Shown here: one piece after another, positions 25,296 through 34,937 of the stretch
Position numbering within the stretch: the stretch's first letter is position 1
How the letters are laid out: each line of letters opens with the position of its first letter
IMG/VR virus record: IMGVR_UViG_3300046660_000488
Location: 514,293 to 578,292 of that record
Reading direction: 5' to 3' (one strand)
Length of the DNA stretch: 64,000 nucleotides
The notes under the pieces: generated by a model
The model's database searches: none
Seen by the model: only the letters and a program-made list of their open reading frames with translations
Told to the model about the DNA's origin: nothing
Program-made: the position numbers and the translations under genes

Positions 25296-25823
25296 ATGAA
25301 GTTTCTCGCCCCTCTGGCCGCCATTGCGGCCCTCGCTATCGCCGGTTCGGCCGCCGCTGCTCCCTCGAACTACGTCCAAGGTTCGGTCGGTGGTCAATTC
25401 CAAGCCAACCGCGCTGACGCCACTTCCTACTCGGCCGCTGTCGGCCGCGACTTCGGCACGGTCCGCGTCGAAGGCGAATACGTCGCCTCGCGTGGTTCGG
25501 ACAATGCCAAGCTCGGCACGGTCGAAGCCAATCTGGGCAACGTCAACGTGTTCGTCGAGCCGGTGACGGTCTACGGCATCACTCCCTTCGTCGGCGCGGG
25601 CGTCGGCTACGGCTCGCTGTACGGCGCCGGTGTCAAGGGTGATCGCAACGGCACGGTGTTCAACGCCCAAGTCGGCGCCACCTACAAGCTGACCCCGAAG
25701 CTGGACGTGGTGGGCTCGTACCGCTACTGGCTGGCCGCCGACGTGGACGTCCAAAAGGCGCCCAAGATCGTCGAGCAGTATCGCGCCGAGACCCTGTCGG
25801 TGGGCCTGCGCTACAGCTTCTAA
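25296..25823 (+). CDS. Outer-membrane beta-barrel protein (OmpA-TM/Ail-Lom-like)
   Basis: Sec signal peptide, amphipathic strands, TPFVGAGVG, C-terminal LRYSF BAM motif. Confidence 0.85.
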   Translation: MKFLAPLAAIAALAIAGSAAAAPSNYVQGSVGGQFQANRADATSYSAAVGRDFGTVRVEGEYVASRGSDNAKLGTVEANLGNVNVFVEPVTVYGITPFVGAGVGYGSLYGAGVKGDRNGTVFNAQVGATYKLTPKLDVVGSYRYWLAADVDVQKAPKIVEQYRAETLSVGLRYSF

Positions 25824-25848
25824 TCCTTCGGGATATGAGGTACGGATG

Positions 25849-25879
25849 AGGCCGGGAGAAATCCCGGCCTTTTTCTTTT
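25849..25879 (+). terminator. Intrinsic terminator
   Basis: AGGCCGGGA-GAAA-TCCCGGCCT + T tract. Confidence 0.85.
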
Positions 25880-25890
25880 GGGGAACGAGA

Positions 25891-26430
25891 ATGACCATCG
25901 CCTTGATCGCAGCCATGGACCTCAACGGCGTCATCGGCAAGGACGGAACCCTACCGTGGAAGCTGCGGGACGACATGGTCCTGTTCAAGATGCAGACCTA
26001 CGGCCACAACGTCTACATGGGCCGCAAGACTTGGGAGTCCATCGGCGCCAAACCCCTGCCCGGCCGCGACAACATCGTGTTCTCCAACCAGTTGGCGGCG
26101 AAGGCCGGGGAAAACTCCTGCGAAATTCTCCAATTTGGAAATGAGTTTGTGGACGTTTACCGCGTTCACCAGATCGACAACGTTCTGAGCGACATCGGCG
26201 CTAATTACCACAGCAAGAAGCAGTTCGTCATCGGCGGGGCGAAGCTCTACGAAGCCACGCTACCTGATGCTGACGAACTGTACATCACCCGCGTGCTGGC
26301 CGAAGTCGAGGGCGACACGGTTTTCCCCGACATCGACCTCCACGAATGGAAGTTGATCACCCGCCTCGATTTCCCTAAGAACGACCGAAACGACCACGCT
26401 TTCTTCCACGCTTACTACGTTCGCAAGTAG
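25891..26430 (+). CDS. folA: Dihydrofolate reductase
   Basis: IAAMD.NGVIG..GTLPW, MGRKTWESIG.KPLPGR, IGGAKLY, GDT.FP. Confidence 0.95.
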   Translation: MTIALIAAMDLNGVIGKDGTLPWKLRDDMVLFKMQTYGHNVYMGRKTWESIGAKPLPGRDNIVFSNQLAAKAGENSCEILQFGNEFVDVYRVHQIDNVLSDIGANYHSKKQFVIGGAKLYEATLPDADELYITRVLAEVEGDTVFPDIDLHEWKLITRLDFPKNDRNDHAFFHAYYVRK

Positions 26431-26470
26431 AGCGGCTTGACAACAGTATAGATTCTGATACTCTGCTTGG

Positions 26471-27103
26471 ATGATCGTAGAGACCATCACAGCAGAGTGC
26501 AGCCAGTATCTGGCCGCCTTCGACCACACCCGGCCCCTCCTACGGGGTCTGGAGGGCATGAAGGCTGACCATCTGCTGATGATGCCCACCGACCGCTCCA
26601 AGCGCTCTGGCGCCGAATTGGGCGTCGAGCAGCACACCGACGCTTACCTGAAGAAAAACAAGTTCAAGGCCATGCGTCTCCAGAGTGCGTTCTGCACTCA
26701 CGAGGCCACGTACGCCGAGCAATACGGTGACCTGTTCTATTTCTTCCCCAAGGACGGCTACTCGTTCGCTTATGGCGCGGGTCGGGACCTGATCCCGACC
26801 GTTGAGAAATGGCTGATCGAGGACGCGAATTACGAAGCCCGCCAGATGGGCTTGGGGCCGGGTGTGCAGGACATGCTCCACGACGCACGCTCGGACATAT
26901 GGACCTTCGGTGTCTATCTGGATCGCGCCCCCAAGATGCGGAAGCTGTACCACGCCTACCTCGACCGCTATGGTCTGTCGCAGACTGATCTGCGGGCTGG
27001 CCTCGACGCCAACGCCGAATTCTGGTTCACCGGCGAGTACCATGTGGTCCGCAAGGAAAGTCAGATGGGCTGGGAAGTATGGAAAGCCTTCGGGCTTTTC
27101 TGA
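26471..27103 (+). CDS. Hypothetical protein, possible ADP-ribosyltransferase fold
   Basis: PLLRG ... SAFCT ... EFW spacing resembles R-S-E ARTs. Confidence 0.45.
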   Translation: MIVETITAECSQYLAAFDHTRPLLRGLEGMKADHLLMMPTDRSKRSGAELGVEQHTDAYLKKNKFKAMRLQSAFCTHEATYAEQYGDLFYFFPKDGYSFAYGAGRDLIPTVEKWLIEDANYEARQMGLGPGVQDMLHDARSDIWTFGVYLDRAPKMRKLYHAYLDRYGLSQTDLRAGLDANAEFWFTGEYHVVRKESQMGWEVWKAFGLF

Positions 27104-27195
27104 AACCACAGTTTTCCATCTATACTTGAAATAGTGCTTGCAATAAGCACTGCGTGTGCTACTGTGTGTTCTCGGATCAACGAACGGAGCGCCCC

Positions 27196-27660
27196 ATGTC
27201 GTCGAAGACCTCCATCGTCTACGTGAACCACTATCACACCCACACGGTGGAATCGCTCGACAAGGCGCTGGCGCTCCTGACGATGCTGGCCCCGATGAAA
27301 ATGTCGCCTGATGTTTATCAGCCGGTCGCGCGCGAATCCGTCCGCGAAATGATCTGGGTGCACAACGTCCTGTCGCGCATGACCGAACAGCCGCAGATCG
27401 AAATCAAGACCACCGGCATCGACAACGACGAGACCGGCAAGGTGAAGGTCTACGACCTGACCGATAAGCACAACATGGAGTACACCAAGAAGGTGTTCGA
27501 CATGGTCAAGGGCGCCGTCAGCGACCCGTTCATCCACGGCAACGACCCGGTCGGCTGCGAAGGCTTCCGCGAGGCGGCCATTACCAACCTGCACAAGGCG
27601 CGCTATCTGATGGCGGCGCTGCTGGCTGGCGTGTTCGTCAAGGAAGAGGCCAAGGCCTAA
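27196..27660 (+). CDS. Hypothetical protein
   Basis: SD GGAG, MSSKTS start. Confidence 0.75.
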   Translation: MSSKTSIVYVNHYHTHTVESLDKALALLTMLAPMKMSPDVYQPVARESVREMIWVHNVLSRMTEQPQIEIKTTGIDNDETGKVKVYDLTDKHNMEYTKKVFDMVKGAVSDPFIHGNDPVGCEGFREAAITNLHKARYLMAALLAGVFVKEEAKA

Positions 27661-28244
27661 TGTCTAACCACCACGCCTACTATCTGGACAAGACCAACAC
27701 CCTGTCGCCGGACGAGTACCGCGAGCAGTACGATTTGGGCTACGCGGCGATGAAGGCCGGTGTGGACCGCACGTCCGGCCTACCGCGCGGCGACCTGCGC
27801 GACATGACCATGGCGCTGGCGTGGCGGAACGGCTGGTGGGTGGCGTGGAAGGAAACTCAGCCGGTGGTCCGCGAAATGCCGTCCAAGGACTTCGAGAACA
27901 TCGCTGTGCTCTATCGCGAAGCGGCACAAGGCTTCCGCTATCTGGGCCTCTATGCTGAGCCCGCGCTGGGCGGCGAGCAGTCCAACAACGCCATCCATCT
28001 GGCCGACATGGGCGCCAGCCTGAAGCGCCTGTCGGAACAGCAACTGGCGGACGGTGACAAGGCTCTGGCCAAATCGACCGGCGACATGGCCGAAATCTTG
28101 CTGGCTTTCCGCAACTGGCCCAAGGAACCCGGTGACGAGTCGTTCTGGGACAAGTGCGACCCGGCCGCCGACGAGGCGTCCAAGATCGCCGGACAGTACG
28201 AATTTCTGGCGGTTCAGGCCGCCCAACGCGAACAGGAGGTCTAG
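27660..28244 (+). CDS. Hypothetical protein
   Basis: Coupled ORF. Confidence 0.75.
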   Translation: MSNHHAYYLDKTNTLSPDEYREQYDLGYAAMKAGVDRTSGLPRGDLRDMTMALAWRNGWWVAWKETQPVVREMPSKDFENIAVLYREAAQGFRYLGLYAEPALGGEQSNNAIHLADMGASLKRLSEQQLADGDKALAKSTGDMAEILLAFRNWPKEPGDESFWDKCDPAADEASKIAGQYEFLAVQAAQREQEV

Positions 28245-28247
28245 GCC

Positions 28248-28784
28248 ATGGAATTCACCAAGATCGACGGCTGGTATCTCCGCGAAGGCTCACGCAAGTG
28301 CACCTCGCCGCCCACGGTCGAAGACATGACCATCCGGCCCGAGAACATCCACCACATCCATGGGCTGTCGAGCGGCATCACCCGGCTGGAGCAAGTGGCT
28401 GAAGACGCCGTGACCGAAACGGCCGACGACATCCGCCGTCAGGAGTTGGCGCGCTGGGCGTTCAAGCACCTGATCTCGCTGCACAACAGCCTCGCCCAGT
28501 ACATCGGCGACAAGGACGGCCTGCTGTCCCTGCGGAAATTCGAGGCGTTCGAGAAGGACGCGCGGACGAACCGCGACAGCCTGCTGGTGGTGTCCTACCT
28601 CGGCGACAAGACTTTCCGCGACATCATCGCGCTGGCGCGTGTGATCGACGCTGACTACCTGCACGACTACAACCCGCTGTTCGAGCAGGGCATGGCCATC
28701 AACATCCTGAAGCTGCGGGCGCGCATCTGCCTGTTCATCCGCGCGCTGACCGGCAACATGGACCTGAAGAGGGAAGCCGCCTGA
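28248..28784 (+). CDS. Hypothetical protein
   Basis: SD GGAGG. Confidence 0.75.
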   Translation: MEFTKIDGWYLREGSRKCTSPPTVEDMTIRPENIHHIHGLSSGITRLEQVAEDAVTETADDIRRQELARWAFKHLISLHNSLAQYIGDKDGLLSLRKFEAFEKDARTNRDSLLVVSYLGDKTFRDIIALARVIDADYLHDYNPLFEQGMAINILKLRARICLFIRALTGNMDLKREAA

Positions 28785-29074
28785 TGCAGCGCAAGTACGT
28801 CATCCTCGTGGACGCACACCCCGAGAGCCATCAGGCGTCGGAATTCCCGGTCCTGATCGATAACCGGATCGCCCACCGCTCCGTCCACCAGTGGGCGCGC
28901 GAGAACGACACCGGCTATCGCCACGGCGTGCGGACCTACACCAAGCCGGTGTCGGCCGGGTTCTTCTCCATCGTGGACGGCAAGGTTCAGGTCGGCGGCT
29001 ACAGCGAGACCTTGGACCTGCACTCCCGGCCGGAAGACGCCGACATCATCAGCAAATTCCTGTTCGGAGCCTGA
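28784..29074 (+). CDS. Hypothetical protein
   Basis: Coupled ORF; PVSAGF motif. Confidence 0.75.
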   Translation: MQRKYVILVDAHPESHQASEFPVLIDNRIAHRSVHQWARENDTGYRHGVRTYTKPVSAGFFSIVDGKVQVGGYSETLDLHSRPEDADIISKFLFGA

Positions 29075-29077
29075 TCC

Positions 29078-29452
29078 ATGGCCTGCATCATCAAGGCCAT
29101 CGGCCGCAACCTCGACGACATGGTCTACATCACGCAGGACCCGGCTGGCTGGGTTACTCGCAATCGGGCTGACGCTCAGGTCATCGAAGATGAGGGCGCC
29201 GCCCGCCAGCAGGCTGAGCGGTACAGCCTTCGCGCTCTGCATTCCGGAGAGGGCTACGTCTTCACTGTCGAGTACCTGTCCGAGATCACGATCAAAAACT
29301 GGCACACCGACATCGACAAGCTGGCCACGGCGCTGGCCCATTTCGATCAGGAGTCGCACGGCTGGCCAAAAGTTGAACTGGAGCGCGTGTCGGACCCCGA
29401 GCACTATCGCCAGCAGGCTCGCATGATTTTTGCGGCCTTCGCAAAATCGTAA
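29078..29452 (+). CDS. Hypothetical protein
   Basis: ORF in operon. Confidence 0.75.
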   Translation: MACIIKAIGRNLDDMVYITQDPAGWVTRNRADAQVIEDEGAARQQAERYSLRALHSGEGYVFTVEYLSEITIKNWHTDIDKLATALAHFDQESHGWPKVELERVSDPEHYRQQARMIFAAFAKS

Positions 29453-29523
29453 ACGAAATATATCGACCGAAATCCAACGCCGTCGTATCCTGACCAAATA
29501 GGGCGTTGTGAGTATTTTTGGTC

Positions 29524-29922
29524 ATGGTCAAGCTGTTCATTGACGACGAGCGCTTCCCGCCGGGGGACGGCGAGGGATGGATCGTCGTGCGGACAATGGA
29601 AGAGGGTCAGGCGTACATCGCCCAGCACGGTTGCCCGACCTTCATCAGCTTCGACCATGACCTTGGGTACGACGGCCTCGCCCTTCTCCCGACCGGCTAC
29701 GACTTCGCCAAATGGCTGGTAGATCAGGATATGGACGCCAAGGGCCATTTCTTCCCAGACGGTTTCTGGTACTACGTCCACAGCCAGAACCCGGTCGGCG
29801 CTCGCAACATCGACGAGTTGATGTCGAGCTATTTGCTTGTGCACCGTGAAATGCCGGAGGGGATTACTATCGGATGGACGGCTGAGCCGACCACAGCGGG
29901 CTTCAGCATCCGCTATCGGTAG
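29524..29922 (+). CDS. Cyclic-phosphate-processing receiver domain protein
   Basis: LFIDDER.P, ISFDHDLG, TGYD, VHSQNPVG motifs. Confidence 0.85.
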   Translation: MVKLFIDDERFPPGDGEGWIVVRTMEEGQAYIAQHGCPTFISFDHDLGYDGLALLPTGYDFAKWLVDQDMDAKGHFFPDGFWYYVHSQNPVGARNIDELMSSYLLVHREMPEGITIGWTAEPTTAGFSIRYR

Positions 29923-29928
29923 CACAGA

Positions 29929-29956
29929 TTGACTTCACAACTGAACTGTGCATAAT
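29929..29956 (+). promoter_or_regulatory. Sigma70-type promoter
   Basis: TTGACT-N16-CATAAT with TG extension. Confidence 0.6.
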
Positions 29957-29988
29957 GGCCTCCAAGTTCAACTTCGGAGGCCATTTGC

Positions 29989-30636
29989 ATGTCCAAGGGC
30001 GAGATCATTCTGATCAAGGGTCGCGTGATCGACCAAGACGGCAAGCTGGCCGACATCGGCCGCTACGTCGCGCCCGTGAGCATGAAGGCCGATTTCGACG
30101 ACGAGGGCTATCCCTGCCTGTCGTTCCAGATGATCCATCGCATCCCCAGCCAGATGCTGGACGCCCTGCGCGACATCGTCATGACCAACGCCAACGGCGG
30201 CTTCTCCTACGAGTTCACCGCGCTGAAGATCGTCGGTGGCCAGATGGTCGCCCAATTCTCGCGCGGCTGCGGCCAAGTCGGTGAACGGAAGACCGTTCGC
30301 GAAGGCCTGTCGTTCTGGATGATCGACCGGCCGCACGTCATCCTCCCCTCGACCGTCCTCGAAGGCGATCCGCGCACCGGACCGTGGGAGCTTCCGGAAT
30401 ACATGACCGCATGGCTGGAGACCAACTGCGGCTTCGAGGCCGTCAGCGAAGAGCGCGTGAACGAGGCGCGTGGCTGGAATTGGGCCATCGCCGAGATCAA
30501 GCCCAAGGTCGTCAAGACGCTTTCCGACCGGTTCGTCGCCAGCATCGTCTTCCATGAGCCCGAGACGGCTCACGCTTTCGTCGCTAAATTTGGCCTGAAG
30601 ACGCTGAACATCGACGTTCTGCGTCAGGGAGGATAA
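29989..30636 (+). CDS. Hypothetical protein
   Basis: SD GGAGG; 215 aa. Confidence 0.8.
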   Translation: MSKGEIILIKGRVIDQDGKLADIGRYVAPVSMKADFDDEGYPCLSFQMIHRIPSQMLDALRDIVMTNANGGFSYEFTALKIVGGQMVAQFSRGCGQVGERKTVREGLSFWMIDRPHVILPSTVLEGDPRTGPWELPEYMTAWLETNCGFEAVSEERVNEARGWNWAIAEIKPKVVKTLSDRFVASIVFHEPETAHAFVAKFGLKTLNIDVLRQGG

Positions 30637-30640
30637 GACC

Positions 30641-30853
30641 GTGTACGACGTCACTTCCGGCATCGCCGAAGCCGGGCGCCTCGACCCGATCCGTTCGAGC
30701 CTGCAAACGGCACGCCAATTCCAGCGAGACGCTGACACCCGTCTTGCCAGTTTCAGGGAAGGCACGTCGCACCACGACAGCGCCGTCGAGGACAAGAAAC
30801 GCGCGGATGCCATGTTGGACGCCGCCCTCGCCCAGCTTGAAAGCCTGCGCTGA
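30641..30853 (+). CDS. Hypothetical protein
   Basis: SD GGAGGA, GTG start. Confidence 0.65.
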   Translation: MYDVTSGIAEAGRLDPIRSSLQTARQFQRDADTRLASFREGTSHHDSAVEDKKRADAMLDAALAQLESLR

Positions 30854-31296
30854 TGGCTGTCCCCAAATTCATCTACGTCGTCAGCGGACAGCAGCATTGG
30901 ATGTTCGCGCTCAGCAACTGGCGCCTGATCGTCGAGCGCGCCGTCATGACCGGCCAACCTGCCGAGATCAAGGACAAGTGGAAGCTCAAGCACCCGGTAA
31001 AGCCGGGCTGGGGCCGCACGATCATCAACATCACCGCTTGGACGTCGGACGACTACGTCAAGGTGCTGAACGACATGAACAAAGGATACAAGATCGACCC
31101 AGATCACCTGTTCCGCGTCCGCAGCGTCTATGACGGCGCCATCCTGAAGACCGGACGTTCGAGGGAAATCCTCGAAGGCTATCGCGACGATTCCTCACCG
31201 GCTGGCTACGGCAAGATTGTCGTCGAGCCGATCCCCGGCCGGGAGGCGGATTGCCCCAAGCCGATCTTCCTCAAGAACGAGCCGATCTTCGACTGA
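30853..31296 (+). CDS. Hypothetical protein
   Basis: Coupled ORF. Confidence 0.75.
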   Translation: MAVPKFIYVVSGQQHWMFALSNWRLIVERAVMTGQPAEIKDKWKLKHPVKPGWGRTIINITAWTSDDYVKVLNDMNKGYKIDPDHLFRVRSVYDGAILKTGRSREILEGYRDDSSPAGYGKIVVEPIPGREADCPKPIFLKNEPIFD

Positions 31297-31364
31297 ATTC
31301 AATCTGGTTGACCAAACTGTCCTTTCTCTGGTAAATAGAGTTTCCTCTAACAGGAAGAAGGACA

Positions 31365-31568
31365 ATGGCGAAGCGACCCCCGCGCAACCCGCGCAACCCG
31401 CACGCCCAAGCCCTCTTCACCTGCAAGCTCTTCGCTCCGAAGTCCGTGCCGGTGAAAAAGGGAAAGGGCATGAAGTACGACCGCAAGAAGGATCGGGGAG
31501 TGGACCTCTCCGGTCCTTATTTTTTGCCTGAATACTTGGGGTTTTTGAGACCAGTGTTTTTCGCTTAA
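31365..31568 (+). CDS. arfA: Alternative ribosome-rescue factor A homolog
   Basis: N...ALF...LF.......KKGKG.KY.RK aligns with ArfA [30 protein letters not shown] AAGGA. Confidence 0.8.
   Translation: MAKRPPRNPRNPHAQALFTCKLFAPKSVPVKKGKGMKYDRKKDRGVDLSGPYFLPEYLGFLRPVFFA
31488..31525 (+). terminator. Intrinsic terminator inside arfA CDS (non-stop mRNA)
   Basis: 13-bp stem AAGGATCGGGGAG/CTCTCCGGTCCTT, loop TGGAC, then ATTTTTT; stop codon about 40 nt further on. Confidence 0.8.
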
Positions 31569-31628
31569 CCTGAAATTAACGTCCCCCTGCTACATCGTGC
31601 CGCATGTACAAACAGAGGGAGATCAGCA

Positions 31629-31922
31629 GTGTCGCAAGTCACCAAGATTCGTCAAGTCCTCCGAGCGCGTATCGCGGCGGCGCTGGCCGACCGCGCGGGC
31701 ATTTGCGACGAACGGCTCGATGAAATCGAGTCCATCGCCTACAACTCGGTCCAGTCTCTGAAGCCGAACGTGCTCCGCAATCTGATGCAGCACCACATGC
31801 GGAAGATGGAAGACGGCCACATCCTCATCGAAATCCCGTTCATCATCGCCGCCGAGTTGGCCTTGGAAATTATCCAAGCACGCGCGGACGACTACCACAA
31901 CTATGACCAAATCTGTGCTTGA
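31629..31922 (+). CDS. Hypothetical protein
   Basis: SD GGGAG, GTG start. Confidence 0.7.
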   Translation: MSQVTKIRQVLRARIAAALADRAGICDERLDEIESIAYNSVQSLKPNVLRNLMQHHMRKMEDGHILIEIPFIIAAELALEIIQARADDYHNYDQICA

Positions 31923-31981
31923 CTCCAAGTATAGATTGTAGTACACACACCATATTGTCTGAAGCGATTTGGAGGCCCACG

Positions 31982-32743
31982 ATGACTTTTGAATTCAAGA
32001 GCGCGTCCTACCCCTACGGCATCGTGGAAAGCCTGATCAGCGAAGAGCAAGCCCAGACGGTTCTGGACATGCTGGCCGAAGCTGGCATCGACAGCGTCTT
32101 CAACAGCGCCACCACCACCGACGCCGCCAGCCGCGAACTGCGGTGGAAGTCCGTACCGGCGATTGTCCAGTACGTCGAGAATTTCCCGGCGTCGTGGATG
32201 TTCGAGGTCTCCGGTTTCCAGAGCAACCAGCGCGCGCTCAAGAATTTGGAAGCGGTCCGCGAGAGCTATGCCGCCATCGAGAACCCGGCGATCCGGGGCG
32301 AGTTGCTGAGCAAGCTGAACGACGTGCGCGAGACCCCGCGCGGCTTCCGCAAGGCAGAGATCACCGATTGCTCGCACTGGGCGCGCACGGCGGCCGTCGA
32401 TAACACCCGCAAGAGCACCGACAGCAAGGGCCGCGCCTTCACGGTCGGCAAGCCCGCCTACAAGCCCGAGCCGGGCTGCAAGGCCGCGCTGCTGGTCAAG
32501 GAAGCTGTCCATTTCAGCTACATCCAAGACTCGTGGGCCGACTATTCGGAATATCTGGTTCCGATCAAGATCGAAGACGGCGCCGATCTGGCCGTCTGCC
32601 GCCGCAACCTCGCGGCCTTCGCCCGGTCGCTGAGCACCCACAACGGCATGGCCGGTTCGGGCTCGGAATGGACCTTCACCTTGGAAGAGTTTCCGGCCGG
32701 TACGGTCGTCCGCGCCGTCGCCCGCCATTCCATCGCTGACTAA
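31982..32743 (+). CDS. Hypothetical protein
   Basis: SD GGAGG; MTFEFKS start. Confidence 0.8.
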   Translation: MTFEFKSASYPYGIVESLISEEQAQTVLDMLAEAGIDSVFNSATTTDAASRELRWKSVPAIVQYVENFPASWMFEVSGFQSNQRALKNLEAVRESYAAIENPAIRGELLSKLNDVRETPRGFRKAEITDCSHWARTAAVDNTRKSTDSKGRAFTVGKPAYKPEPGCKAALLVKEAVHFSYIQDSWADYSEYLVPIKIEDGADLAVCRRNLAAFARSLSTHNGMAGSGSEWTFTLEEFPAGTVVRAVARHSIAD

Positions 32744-32800
32744 TGGGTGGCCATCGGCCACCCTCTCAGCTATAATTCGTTTCCCAGTTTCGGAGTCCCC

Positions 32801-33223
32801 ATGTCGTCCCTGAAGATCAAGAGCAAGGCCGCCAAAAAGGTCCACACCTACGTCAAGGTCGAAGACCTCGACCGCGCGGTGCTGGCCATCATTGGCCCGG
32901 ACATCTTCATGAAAGACCTGCATGACCGCCCGAAGCGTCACCAGATCGCTCTGGACATGATCGAGGCCGGTAAGCTGACCGGGACCGACGTGGAAACCGT
33001 CCTGACGGCCAAGGCTGAACTGGACCGCTACGGCTCCTACGAGCAGCCCCTGCCCGGCATGGAGCTTCGCTCAGCCCGCGCCCATTTCGAATTCGAAGAA
33101 TTCGACCCCATCAGCGGCATCTACGCCTTCAAGTGCGTGAAGCCGTCCAAGATGTGGAAGCTCGGGACGCTGGTCGGCGTGGACACCCACGGCATCTTCG
33201 GCGGCGTCATCCACCGCGCCTAG
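32801..33223 (+). CDS. Hypothetical protein
   Basis: SD GGAG; MSSLKIK start. Confidence 0.75.
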   Translation: MSSLKIKSKAAKKVHTYVKVEDLDRAVLAIIGPDIFMKDLHDRPKRHQIALDMIEAGKLTGTDVETVLTAKAELDRYGSYEQPLPGMELRSARAHFEFEEFDPISGIYAFKCVKPSKMWKLGTLVGVDTHGIFGGVIHRA

Positions 33224-33462
33224 ATGTCGTCGTTCATCCACATGACGACAAGGTCATCGCCCAAGACCGTCGTCTTGTAGCGGTCGCCGTTGCGGCGGAT
33301 CAGGTTCAGCCGCATCAGGGCGGCCAAGTCGGTCGTGGACAGGCTCTGGTGATCGACGATCCCGTAATTGGGGTTGGCGATCACGCAGAGCAGGCAGAGT
33401 AGGTCAGCCTGCGATTTGGACAACGTGTCGCCCAGTCGCACCATCGCTGATGCTTCGGTCAT
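33220..33462 (-). CDS. Small winged-helix-like hypothetical protein
   Basis: SD GGAGG; DLAALMRLNLIRR..DRYKTTVLG resembles a wHTH wing. Confidence 0.6.
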   Translation of the reverse strand: MTEASAMVRLGDTLSKSQADLLCLLCVIANPNYGIVDHQSLSTTDLAALMRLNLIRRNGDRYKTTVLGDDLVVMWMNDDI

Positions 33463-33866
33463 GCAAATGCCTCCAGAAGGGTCTGGTGAGCTTGCCGGTC
33501 CGGAACGTGGTTGTCGAGGTCCGCGCTGAGATTTTCCATGAATGTGCTCATCAAACGCACAGCCAGATCGCACGTTGAGTAGACGCCGTCGCGCCATGCG
33601 GTCGGACTCTCGGCGTGTTCCTTTCGGAAGATGCGCGCCCGGTCGTTGATGTAGGCGGACAGCAGTTCAGCATCTTGCACGCTGAACCCGTTGGCCTTGA
33701 TCCGCCCGAAGGCTTTGTGGACGTGATCGAGTGGGGTGAACGGGATGCGGCGATCATTCGGCGCGGTGTAGTACACGTCCTTGCCAATCAAGTTGTAGGC
33801 TTGGATCGCGTGATTGATGTCCGCCATGTCTTCGACGAGCAAGGTGATGATCGGGGTAAGCTGCAT
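33459..33866 (-). CDS. Hypothetical protein
   Basis: SD GGAGA; MQLTPII start. Confidence 0.7.
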   Translation of the reverse strand: MQLTPIITLLVEDMADINHAIQAYNLIGKDVYYTAPNDRRIPFTPLDHVHKAFGRIKANGFSVQDAELLSAYINDRARIFRKEHAESPTAWRDGVYSTCDLAVRLMSTFMENLSADLDNHVPDRQAHQTLLEAFA

Positions 33867-33976
33867 CTGTGGTCTCCTACACATACTGTAGCGCAGGATC
33901 GGCGAGACCTTAACCGGCGCGAACGAAATTTTTCAGTCGTGGATTCCTAAATACCCTACACGATTGGAGAAACACC

Positions 33977-34210
33977 ATGGAAAATTGGTATCGCGATTAC
34001 AAGAACCTCGTCGAGAGCACGGTTGAAGCTCCGTCGTACGGCGCCCGGCTGCAACAGGCTGTCATGAACGCCGAGAGCGCCATGTTCCACGTTCTGGCGG
34101 ATGGTGGCTTCAACGGCCCGGCCGACCTCGCAGCGATGCAGGAAGCCCACGCCGCGTTGCGCGCGCTGATGGCTGAACCGGAATACAAGATGCTGGGCGT
34201 TCAGGGCTGA
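33977..34210 (+). CDS. Hypothetical late protein
   Basis: TAAATA at 33948, SD GGAGA. Confidence 0.75.
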   Translation: MENWYRDYKNLVESTVEAPSYGARLQQAVMNAESAMFHVLADGGFNGPADLAAMQEAHAALRALMAEPEYKMLGVQG

Positions 34211-34221
34211 TAAATATCGCC

Positions 34222-34881
34222 ATGGAACGTTCAGACGACATGCGTAGCCTGCTGGACCTCGTCGAGGCTGATGTGCCCGTCGAGGCCGGTGTGGAGGACA
34301 CGATCTTCGAAGCCTTCAAGGGCTGGAGCACGCTCAGCGAAAGCTACCGCTACGCAGGCAACTGCACCGGGCTGGCGGCCGACGATCTTCACGACATGAT
34401 GGACAAGGCTCGGCAGGTCACCTACTCGACCTTCGTCAAGGCCATTGGTCTCGACCAACTGCGTGAACTGTTCGCCGACTACGGTTGGGGACACCAGCGC
34501 GGTTTCGTCCGCATGAAGACTGATCCGCACATCACCTACTATCGCAGCATCTTCAAGGGCAAGCACTGCTACTACGTCCGCGAGTCCGGCATCGAGTACA
34601 TCTTCGTCGATGACGACAAGCCGAGCGCCGAAATGCAGGTCAAGCCGAACCGGTTCACGATCACCGCCGATGGCGCCGTGATCAAGGGTTTCTCGCGCGG
34701 TGTGTTCAACGGCGCCAAGACCCCCGACAGCCTGAAGATCACGTGGACGTCCACGCCCAGCAGCAAGGCCGCAGAGACGCTGACCCGCATGGTTCGGCAG
34801 TCGAAACTGGAAGAGATCATTTTGGACGACGAGCCGACATCGGCCGAGAACGTCATCGCGCAGCTTAAGCGCTTCCTCTAA
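34222..34881 (+). CDS. Putative virion-associated protein
   Basis: TAAATA at 34211; N-terminal MRSLLDLVE motif. Confidence 0.75.
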   Translation: MERSDDMRSLLDLVEADVPVEAGVEDTIFEAFKGWSTLSESYRYAGNCTGLAADDLHDMMDKARQVTYSTFVKAIGLDQLRELFADYGWGHQRGFVRMKTDPHITYYRSIFKGKHCYYVRESGIEYIFVDDDKPSAEMQVKPNRFTITADGAVIKGFSRGVFNGAKTPDSLKITWTSTPSSKAAETLTRMVRQSKLEEIILDDEPTSAENVIAQLKRFL

Positions 34882-34937
34882 TCCTTTTCGTTGACGAAAT
34901 CGGTTATCGTGTTACTCGTTGGCAAACAGGAGTTCCC

